Source of the DNA: Phoronis australis | Lineage: Eukaryota; Animalia; Phoronida | Length of the DNA: 64,000 nt | Reading direction: 5' to 3' | Assembly: GCA_002633005.1 (NCBI GenBank) | Contig: NMRA01000136.1 | Coordinates: forward strand, 770,944-834,943 | Shown here: one piece after another, positions 23,901 to 35,900 of the stretch | Position numbering within the stretch: position 1 is the stretch's first letter | Layout: each line of letters starts with the position of its first letter | Translations under genes and position numbers: made by a program | Notes under the pieces: model-generated | The model's input: the letters and a program-made list of their open reading frames with translations, nothing else | Told to the model about the DNA's origin: nothing | Database searches by the model: none

Positions 23901-26900
23901 GAACTTGAAATGTCCAGTGGTTGTCAGTTCATGAGGGTCAACACACAACAACAAAAAAGCTGGCATGCCCATCGTGGCGAAGGGATTTAAGAATGACAAG
24001 TCAAGATAGTTTCACACCTTTTTCAGTAAAGAGCATCAAATTGCTTAATCAACTGCCCAGCAAGGACACATCACTTGTTCACACAGCAGAAACAAGCATG
24101 CTGGAACTGTGTCAAAAGAAACAAAACCTGAAACTCTTTTCTTGCCTCTGCTATACATACATTCATGAAGTCTTGACAAAGAAGTCCATGCAGGGGGTAC
24201 GGCATCCCCTTCATCAAAACCTCTTCTGTTTGGATACAGTTTCGAAGTAGTCCAATCTAATGTATCTGATTCATTTTCACCACAATAAACAGCAAAATAC
24301 GGACTGGATTCACCCTTTGGCGGTGGTTCTAGTTTTGAGTCACACAAATTCTCGTAGTAACTATCCGACATGTCTGAGATATAAAATCCCTCATTGGCTG
24401 AAGCTGAACCCTGTTTAGATACTTCAAACATGTCCCCCTCAGCCATACTATGCAGGAGAGAAATGATGTCATCAAGACCTGCTAAGCATTCTTGAGTGCC
24501 AAACCTCTCGACTGCAGATGCGCGAGATTTTTCCGTTAAAGGACCAAAACCTGACACCCCGACCTGTGGATTCGTCGCAGAATACGACCTTAAAATGGAG
24601 GTAGCTGCAGATGGCTGGTGTGGAACACTTTGATCCTGTTCAAAGTGAGTTCCCTCTGTATGCTTTGCATGAGCTCTCTGTCCATAAACTGTCGGCATTT
24701 TATCACGCGTAACACCCATTTTTATGCCTGGCTTCCTCCACGATCTGGCAGCATGCCAGCTAGAATCCTGCCGCCTTTTAGGCAGTGGAGGTTTCAAGTC
24801 ACCAGGTGGTGTTGATGCCCGGCGCTGAATGCAGACAAGTTTCTTCCGTGCCAGTTGAGGTGTTTGTGATCGGGATAGAGGCTTGGCTGAGGAATTAGTG
24901 CAAGCAGTTGGACACCAGGTGTCCCTAGCATAGTCTACACTGAGAAACAGAAAAGGCAGTAAGGGAGTGGACAGAAATCGCACAACTATCAATAGGCTTA
25001 AAATAGCGCCGCTGCTGAGAAACATCACAGCAACTAGTTTCAATTCGAACATACAAATATTACACTAACTATTTCTCATAAGCTTTAAGCCGCAAAAAAA
25101 TGAATAATCCCAAGAAATAGTTTTATTTGCGATATAATTTTCCTAGAATGCACATACATCATAGCAGTGTAAAGGCGACAACTATCTACATAGAGATTCC
25201 TAGTTTGAGATTTCATGTTTGTTGAAACTGTACACTATGAAAAAACGTGAAGAGCAGAATCAAGAGGTCAGACAAGTTCTCACCTTGCAAGTTGAGACCA
25301 CTCAGGTCAGGGGGTGCAGGGAAGTCTTCTTCAAAGAGAGGAGGGGGTGGGGGCAGCTCTTCCTTGGGGGTGACCGCTTTGCGCACATTCCGCACACCAT
25401 TAATTAACTGAAGAATATCGAGACACATGAATTATTAGTCTCAGTTTAAGTAGAATGTGTGGTGGTGGACAGGGACAGTGAAAAGAACTAGGTCATCCAG
25501 AAATTTGAGCTTATTTGCTTAAAACCACCATTTAACATTGTCAGCACCATTAGTTTGTTTCAAGCACTGCATATCGTAACCGCACATTCAATATCCCGAA
25601 ACGAGGAGACAGACACTAGGAAGAAAAACAGATTCAATTCAAACATAATTTTAAGTTTTTTTCTGAAAACCACCACCCATGAATTTTCACTTCAACTGCT
25701 GTCCCCCCTCCCATACGGATTTTGCTGGAACAGAAATTAGATGAATGTGGCATATGAACTAGTCAATGTGTCATGTCCACCCAACACGCGACTTCCTTGT
25801 AAAGACTTGTGTCGTATCTGTGCTTCTCTGATGTCCCACAAGAAAGTGAAAAGCTTGCTCAAATACTGAGTTGTGACAACCAACACAAACAAAACTCTTT
25901 CCCATTAATTATTATACCATAAACCACCAAAAAATTAGCACCAATACCTGACAACTTTTCACACTAACTACCATGGAAGATGACTATTGCGCTGTGATTG
26001 GTTGTCCCCATTCTACTTAGTATGTATCGACCAATAACAGTTCAGAACTCAATATCAACTAATAAACAAGTCATATACTAAGTTAGATACTGTTTGTGAC
26101 TGTTTCAATTTGTCAGTTGATCGACCAGAGGGTGGGTTGTCTTTAGTGTTTTTGATATGAAACTGGTGGTCTTAAGCACTTCTTTAAAGAGAAAGCAAAT
26201 ACCTGATTAAAGACACATATTGAAAATGCCAACCAAAGTAAAAGTCATTAAAAACTTCATTAAGAATGGATAATAGCCCAAGAAGCAGAGTGAGCTTCTC
26301 TCGCAAACTTGTTGCATTAACAAAAATTAAAAATTGCCGTCGTATAGGGCTTTAAAAGATGTTATGTACAAGTTGTCTGAAATGCCAACAAAAGGTTAGC
26401 TACCAGAATTTTGTCTCAAATTTCAACAGAGTGCTACCAGAATTTTGTCTCAAATTTCAACAGAGTGCTATCAGAATTTTGTCTCAAATTTCAACAGAAT
26501 GCTACCACAATTTTGTCTCAAATTTCAACAGAATGCTACCAGAATTTTGTCTCAAATTTCAACAGAATGCTACCAGAATTTTGTCTCAATAAGAAAAAAC
26601 ACTGCTGATATTAAATATTAACTAGAACACTATAAACCAAGTACCTCCTGTTGCCATAAATATTAACTAGAACACTATAAACCAAGTACCTCCTGTTGCC
26701 ATAAATATTAACTAGAACACTATAAACCAAATACCTCCTGTTGCCATAAATATTAACTAGAACACTATAAACCAAGTACCTCCTGTTGCCATAAATATTA
26801 ACTAGAACACTATAAACCAAATACCTCCTGTTGCCATAAATATTAACTAGAACACTATAAACCAAGTACCTCCTGTTGCCATTAGCCTATTTCCAGAAAC

Positions 26901-29900
26901 AAAAAAAGAACAGATCAATATAAACACATTTGAAAAATTTCAAAACATTTTATTAGTACAGCATGAGGATGAAGCAGGAAGTACATTACATAACCAGCTT
27001 TACCCAACATGCAAAACAGGATCCACTCAATGAATTCAGATGGAAAAGCCAAGACGACTTGGTGCGATGACAGAGACCCCTGGCGGCATTCGCCAACAAT
27101 AACCTACCTGGTCATTAGCACTTCTCCATTGTTGGGCAGCAGCACCATCTGCAGGGTTCATGGAGACATTGCGTGCTGCTATCACCATTGGAGTCACAGC
27201 TAAAAAGAACAGCCGTGAATGCCAGTGATCAAATGAAGAAACGTTTGGTAGACTTGTGACATTAACGGATAACTTTGAAAATTTTTCAAAAATTTTTCAA
27301 ACTCAAAAAAGGCGGCTAAAGCTATGCAAGAATCATAAGTAACATTTTCAGCAAACACTTTCACCATTGTCAAACACTACTAGAAAATGACTAACCCTGA
27401 TTCTATATGAAGAATGGAGTTCATATTTACTCATTATGGTAAAATATCATCCACTCAGTACACAATATGGCCGACAAGTGAAAATTTTTTTTTTCCTACT
27501 TTCTCATAAAGCATAACTAGTGCCGAATAAATGCTATGTCACTTTTAAAGATCTTAGATACCAAAAGACAATGATTATGAAGAATTATGCGCATTCATAA
27601 GAATATTGGAAGCCTTAGAAAATTAAAAAAGAACAATTTTTTCATCCAAAATTGGTGAGATTTAACCGTACACTGCAATACAAAACAAACCAGGCAAATG
27701 AACAGTGCAAGCAAGACAAAGGCATGTTTGGTGTACTGACACATATCTAAAAATAGCAATTACAATGAAATGCAACTCTTACTAGACTCCAAATTTTTCA
27801 GCGAGCTCTCGACATTCTGAACAAACAATGGGTCTTCACTGTTCTCGGCCTCCATCTTGGCCACCTGAACCACCCTCTGGGCACGTCGTGCTATGCTCGA
27901 TGTGTTCTGCACGATTGCAGCAGGGTTGCGTCCTTTAATGGCATGTTCCACACGCTCCGTCTCATAGAGGATGGCATCCTCTGAAAACACAGTCAAAGAG
28001 TTTACTGCAAAATTATGGTCCTAATGGAACAAGTACAGAGAAATTCAGTTGTTCGGTCATTAAAGACAGTCAAAGTTCAGTTGAATTGCTTCAATTAATT
28101 TCCAATGTACATTAGAACACTGTCTATATCGATGTATAGTCATGACATGCCTAGCACTATTATGACATGGTCTGAAGCCCCACATGGGAGTAGATATGCA
28201 CAATCACATCACTTTTACAAAAGTATGCGTGGATTAATCAATGTGAGCCGACAATGCTTGCAACCATTGTATGATACTGGGGAGTTGAGATGAGTTAAGA
28301 TTGACAAGGTCAATAGTCCGGAGATAATTTTCAAAGTGCTTTAAAATATTTAAAGAGCAGCATAATATCTGGCATAATTATTACTATTATTATTTTAAAA
28401 TTTGACATTTTACTTTTATTTAACTAGGCCAAAAACGTCAAAATGAGGTCATACTCAACAAGTCAATTACCATTAGCCTTGATGAATGAGGTCATACTCA
28501 ACAAGTCCATTACCATTAGCCTTGATGAATGAGGTCATACTCAACAAGTCCATTACCATTAGCCTTGATGAATGAGGTCATACTCAACAAGTCAATTACC
28601 ATTAGCCTTGATGAATGCGGCAGAGTCAGTGGCAACATCCACCATGTTTTTCAGTTTCTCCACATTGTCTACGTATTCCTTCTTCATCAGTTCAAAGTGG
28701 TCCTCAGCCCCTTTGTTACCAGGGTTGGACAGCACTATGCTGGCAGCGTTGACGATCTGAGGGATCTGACTGTTCAGCTGGTCAGACGCATTAATAATAC
28801 CTTCAACCACCTTTTTGTTACAACAATCACCCGTGGCAGCAAGCATCTTTGACGTGTCAACCAATCTGTAACCATGGTCTTCAAAAGCTCGAGCCTTTTC
28901 TTGGAAATTGGGGTTCCTATTGGGGGTGTCTGGAAATGATCGCTTTGTGGAGTTAATTCACAGAATAAAGCCACAATATGGTGTAAATATCAAAAATGTA
29001 ACTATGCATTCAACAGGCTTCCTTGTAAGAGTTGATCACATTCATTGATTAGACATTGGTAAGCCTGACCAAAGTGTCCATTTTCCAGGTTTTGGCAAAA
29101 AATTGAAATGACAATAAGCAGAAACTTCAATGAGAGTTTTAACAAAAAGTCAAAAATAATAGGTAAAACACTTGACTAATAAGCATGAGCTTAAGGTGAG
29201 CTTAAATCAATATAGCAAAAATGAAAATGCAGTTCAGAAAATAAAAATCAATAAAAGATATTCAAAAATTTTGAAGCAAAATTTGAATGACTTTCCAACA
29301 TACTTTTCTACGATCTTCTGACTTCTGAAAAAATTAAAACTTGAAGTCCCCGAAAATTGGATTACTTGGCCTGCAACACCTGTTGGGCACACAGACCACC
29401 AATTAAACATTGATATCACCCAATATCACTTACCAGGCGGTGCTAATGCCGCTTTACTCAGCTCTTTGAGTGGTGTTGTTATGTCCATGAAGTCATCAGC
29501 TACCTTCTTCATTACAGCGCCCTGGATTTTGTTCTTTAGCTCCTGCAGTTTCCCAGACAAGTTGCGCGCGATTGCCTTTGCTTGCGGAGTGTTGCCCTAA
29601 AATTGCCCAAACATTATTGGAAGATTAAATTCATATCATTTTGATACTCAATTTAAGGTTATGTACGACTTTTTCGACAATCTGTTTTTGAACTTACGGT
29701 ATATCAATCTGCCACTAATTGAGTCAGGCGACAATCGTCTTTTTAGTAAAATTTAGCAAGAATGAAAGGTACCTTGAACATCAGTTTCAATAACATGACC
29801 TAAGTCTGTTTGACATTAATGACAAAATCTCAAAAATGATGATAGAGTTTTCTAAGTTAGCATCTTGTGATTTCAAGCAACTTTTGATTTTTTTTCATAA

Positions 29901-32900
29901 ACATCTTAAAAGTCCTATTTTTGCTAGAACATCATGCTTAAGTATGCATTTTTTAAAAAAAGATTTTCCTAACTATGTTTGGAGAACAGTGTTTTACATA
30001 ACCTTAAATGCCTTCATAACCCAAAGTTCAGGATACTGGACAAATTTATTGTTTTTTGTTAGTAACTCGATAATTCCCAATATAAAGTTATTAAAGTAAG
30101 TATGCAATAAAGAGTTAACTAATGGGGTTATGAGTTATATATTCATTCATATTTCGTGGTATGCAACTAAATAAAAGTAAACACAATTTGATTAAATTTA
30201 GAGCTATTGATTAAAATCACCGCATGAAAATGAGATCTACATAAATCAGGACCTGACAAAAAGATGCGACCTCAAATACCAGCTGGAATCCCTCAAAAAA
30301 GACACAGTGTGGTCTACTCAATTTAGCAACTCCAGAAAGGGGTTGCTCTGGACTACCAATCATCTATACACCCCATACACACCATTCCTCTACGACACAG
30401 ATCAGCCAGTTCATTAGTCAACTGTTCCACATCATCACATAGTCTCAACACCTCATTTCTCTCAGGCCCCTGCAGGGTATTTGCCACCTTACGACCCTCA
30501 GCTATCACAGCCCTTGTCGCCTGCTCACCTATATGATAAAGATGACCAGCTGAGACCAGTTGAGACACTGTTCAAAAAGTTTTAACATTTTCATTAGTGT
30601 ACAAAAAGTACACTTCGTTGATATTTTGACAAAAGATTACTTAATATGGTATATCTTCACTTATTTATGAATGAAAACTGAAATTTTATTTTGTCAAAAT
30701 TTGTCACAAAAATAAAAAGCAAAAAAACATTCTAGCAAAAACAAACAGCACAGTTTGTGTCATAGGCGGATTTAGGGCCCCCCCTTGGCTGCCGCAAAAA
30801 AAAATAAAACAGCAAGAGTGTAGAGAAATGTTGAGTTTATTAATTTGCCCCGGTAATTAAAATTATACGGATGAAAAAAGATTTAAATGTGTGCAGTTTT
30901 AATGTTTGGGGGGGCTCAGATCCAATTTCAAGTGTGAAATTCGGAACACAACATTCGTAACGGAACTATAACTAAGTGTAGGCTCTCCCGCGATATCCCA
31001 GGCGACCGGCAGTGGCGCTGCGCACTACGACTCCGTTTCCGTCGTCTGCTCCACTGTGCAATGAAGAAAATTTACTTCATTTTTTAAAGAAAATGGAACC
31101 TGAGCAACGATGAAAAAACAGAACCTGCTGGTAAGATGTGAATTCTAATCGAAGCCTTAGTGAATCACTCAGAAACTCATTAATTCTCTCTTTGTCAAAC
31201 CTTAACTTAAGACAATTTCCAAAGCAATCCCGTCATTATTGCCAACACGAAAAATGGATTTGGTCTTTTGGGCATTTGAAGACTATTTTAAATACAACAA
31301 ATTTGTTAAGAACCGATTGCACAAAATATAAAACATGTAATAAGCATTACAAAAAGAAGTATGTTTCACGCGCAAACGCTTTGGACCATAAACAAGTAGG
31401 TCTATTAGTTTAAGTTTATTAGTGAAATCGTGGTAGTGTAGTGGTAAAGCACGTGCGTACTATCAGCCAGGTCGTGAGTTCGAGTCTGTCGCAGTTTTTT
31501 CTGTGTGACACATTCTCCGTGTTTTTTTTTGCCTTTTTTTCTTGGATAATACATAAGAAATCAAGGAAAATGCTTGATTTTTAGAGAAAAAACAGAAAAA
31601 TTTCCTGGGCGGGACACCCCCTCCCGGCCTCCCCCCATTCGGTGCTATGCGCATCTACAATCGTGGTTTGCGCAAATGCTTATAGCCGGACAAAATGTTG
31701 GGCCCCCCCTTGTGATATCCTAGATCCGCCACTGTGTGTTGTGCAGACGTCATAATACAAAATTTGGGAAAGTTTCCATTATTTGTTGTAGGAAAGTAGA
31801 CAGTTTTCAAAAAATGGAAAATAGCAATTTTGGTAATTATTTTTGTGTGAACTATAAGGAGAATTACTATACTCTAAAATAACAAGGTGAAAATAATGAG
31901 ACTTAAAAAAAAACTTGTTGACTGCATTTCTCGGATTTTCATTAATCTGCCGATGTTAATTGCAAAACCTGTCATTACAAAAAGCCCAGAAGTCACCATG
32001 AAAAAAAAAACATTGTGACATTACTGTTGATACAAAAATGCAATAAAAAGTTCAATTTTGCCTTTTCACATCACAAATTTTTGTGATGTCAAAAGCATAC
32101 GCTGGATGTGACTCCCACCATACACAAAGGTAGGCATTTTTGTACACACATAAAAATGGCAATAATTGTGAATGATCTGTTACAAAATTTTTGATATGCA
32201 ATAGAGGATGCAGTAAAAAGAGGCAAGCAGACAACAATTTAAAGTGTCTTGAATAATGTCTAGCAGCATCTAGTGGTGCCTAGGTATAGTCACCTTGAAT
32301 GACATCACAGCAATATATCAGGTAGTAGTTTGATGGAGGAATAATAATGTAAATAGTTTAATAAAAATAAACACACACTGAAACTGAGAATGGCCATGAA
32401 AACAGGCTAACTACAAAAGACTGGGAACAAAATAATACACAATTTAAAGTCAATGCATATATCTCTGACAAAAACCAAACAACTCCAAAGTCTTTCTAGA
32501 GTCATTTACACAAAATAATTAAAGAATATAAGAAAGTTCCTTGATGGAACATACCACCAAACACTTTTGATTCTAAAGCAACTAGTGAACAGTCAAACCT
32601 GTTCACAATGTTTCATGTCACTATCATCATGTTACCTAGTCCCTTGTCAGCACCAGGATTGGCCAGCCAGCGTTGAGCTTGTTCCACTCGTCCGTCCATT
32701 GTATGCGCAGCCTTAATAAGCCCCGCCTTCTCTGTCTGTGCCACAGCGTGGTCGACACGGTCCTGAAGATCATCCATTTTCTGCTGGATGCCACGAGCGA
32801 GCGCAACCGCCGCAGGACTATCACCCTGGGGAATAATTTCATGAAATGGAGTGAACTTTATAACCAGTGAATAACAGTGAAACTGTGCCATTTATTGACT

Positions 32901-35900
32901 GAGTATTGATACTCAAACAGCAGATTTTAACTAACTTGAAAACAAAAACATAAATTTCTCTGCTGTAGAAAACATATCATGAGTAATAAGACACAGTAGC
33001 CAAAGTTTTTGCCCTCACCAGTCCTTGCGAGCGCAACTCTGCCAGCGAGTCAACCATTGACTGTATGTCTCCCACTTGTTTTTTGATGGCCTCAGCCTCT
33101 GCTGGATTGTTACATCGTTCCGCTACCTTCATGGCATCCTCCAGTATCTGCCTGAGGGACCTTTCACCTTGGGTCAAGGGTCAGAAGTAGTTAAGCAGAG
33201 GATATGGAAGGTCAAGGTTCATGGAGGATACAACATTGCAGCACATTGTGCGATGGAAAAGCAACAATCTAATTAAAACCAATTGAAAAGTTCAGGAAAA
33301 TCGATCAAAAAGTGAAAAAGATGATTTCAGACTACATTTTGAGTACAACTCAAAACAAATTTGTTCTGTTAACACTACGAATGATGGCCCGAAAAAATGT
33401 GACCTCAGCTGTGACCTCAACTTTTGAGATCAACCAAAGTATGACCACACTAAGTTAAGGAATTTTGTATAGTTTTGTGTCAGCAAATTTTGAAATCATG
33501 GTTAAAGCAATATTATTTTTTAAAATTACCCTTGCAACTTACTGACAACACTAAAAAAGAATACAAGTGGCCTGATGCCTTTTACGGTACAACAGGCACC
33601 ATTAGGCCACAAGGCCAGGCCCAATACACTAATCACCTGGTAAGTCTCATCACTTTCCTCATGCCTTGGGTAAAATCTTCCAATCTACCCGTTTGTTCCA
33701 GAAAAATAGAAAGACTATTAAACCTGAAAGAACTAGCAATGTCAACCATGCAGGTTATGTGTCCATCAAGTAGATCATGGTGTCTTGTGTAAGCAGGGCA
33801 AATCTCAACCAGATGTTGAGTAGTCTTTGCCTCCAGACCACAGTTGGGACACCGACAACACTAACAACACCGTCATCGCTCTTTTTACAAATCCCCTCTC
33901 CCCCAACTTACCGACACCGCCAACGACTCCACGAGGATCCTGCAGCCAATCCTTGGCTTGCTTCATTCTACCCTCTATGGCATTCTAGGAAAACAACAAA
34001 TTGTTAGTTTGTATACAAAGATTTAAAGCTCACATCAAACAGAATGCTGTAATAGGAAACTTTGCATTCACCAGGCAGTCAGGAAGAAAGGATTGTTTTT
34101 TTATTATAAAAAAGCTATTCACCTACTTTAGGTTTTTTGTGGCATGAGGATCAACGCTACTGTTTAAAAGCATGCAATTATTCTGAGTCTATATAATGGA
34201 ATTAAGAGTCTAGCATTTTCATGAGCTATATTGGAGTATGAAATATTCTAAATGCAACACCTCACCACTGTGAGAGTACAGAAGCACCTTTTGTTTGACG
34301 CATTTTCTAATTTTTATGAGCAAAACGGGCCAAGTTGACAGGGACAAAACTCAAGTTATTTCACTCACAAACATTTTGAAATATTGGAATTTTTGTCTGA
34401 ACTCTTTTAACCACCATACAACAGAGGCAATTTGACAGTAGGATGGTTACAACAGAGGCAATTTGACAGTAGCATGGTTACAAAGAATTTTTTTAAAATG
34501 ATGGAAAAATCCCCACTACATTAAATCCAAACAAGAATACAGACAGCTGTCCACCAACTGTTCTGTTGCCACCTATCGACAAGGCATGCCTCATAATGTC
34601 GCCCCCTATATTGCAAAATGACTATTGCTTATAAACGATGCAGTAAGTAGATAATGAACAATGGTCAGAAGCTGGAACAAGGAAAGATGAGAGTACAGAA
34701 AAATTCTCCAGTTTGAGACAGTGAAAAATTATAAGGATTTTTGTTTGGAGCTTCATGTACAAAACTCAAGAATTGAAATCATTGACAAACAATCACTCAC
34801 CTTCATGTTATGCACAGTGTGGGCACGTGAACATGTTGCATCGGTGGCTTTTTTCGAAGATTTGAAGCAATGACAAAATTATTTTCAGACTGCTGATACA
34901 AAATACAGTTTGATATTTGAGAGGTGTGATGAGGGCCAACATTGCTACAATCCCAATTTCCACAATCAAGAAAATTCAATTTCACCTTGAATTTCAGTGT
35001 CCCAAAATTTAAAGACTGTCCCAAACTGGAGAATATTTACTGTACATGGTACTGTACGATGAACAAAACTTTATTTGCATAAGCTCCACCTACCCTGGCC
35101 TTCTTCATCACCATTATGTCATCAGCATCCCATTCATCTTCATCGTATGTGGTCAGCTGTAGGACTCGGATGATCTCCTGGATCTCATCCGACATAACAC
35201 GCACTGTATAGTCTCTGTTTTCTTGTGCCTCTTTCAGTCCAGGCATGCCTGCAAACAGTGAATATGATCAGTTGTGCCTCTTTATTGTCCAGGCGTACCT
35301 GTAAATAATGGACATAATGTGTTGTGCCTATTTCAGCCCAGGGTTATCTGCAAACAGTGGATACGACGAGTTGTGCCTCTTTCAGTCCAGGGATATCTGC
35401 AAATAGTGGATATGAGTTGTGCCTCTTTCAGCCCAGGGGTACCTACAAACAGTGGATATGATGACTGTGAAGGTTTAGAGACAACTCTGCATTCAGCCAC
35501 CAGGAACTGTTCTAATTTTTTGAACAGCTTATTTCAAATGACCAGCAAAAATTCATTTAAGGACCTCTGAAGTGGAACCCCTATGCTAATATAGGAAGGG
35601 ACAACATTTTCAGCGTGACATTTAATTTCTTGCCTATGTCATTTTAATAAGAGTAAGCCATTTAAAAAAAATGAACTGTTTTTGGCATTATCAAGCGTGG
35701 CTTCACTTCAAGGTAAATTGAAGAAATCTCACATTAAACAATTTCAGAGGTAAACATATTTTACCAATTTTGGCATCCTCATTAGCATATAAGACATCTC
35801 ACCTCTTCATCTGATACAACTGTCATTAAATAGTGCAGCTGGCGCGAGTCCTGTCCGAGGTGCACCAGACACGTGAAGCCCACTGAGACCAGACCTATTG

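Noticed and set aside
24935-25052. Hydrophobic N-terminus of ORF 24045-25052 as a signal anchor for a headless vinculin
   Set aside because: Best explained as translation of the polypyrimidine tract; no evidence of an internal promoter.
26399-26882. Adjacent regular repeats that might suggest a CRISPR array
   Set aside because: Head-to-tail units with no unique spacers, in a eukaryotic intron with no cas genes.
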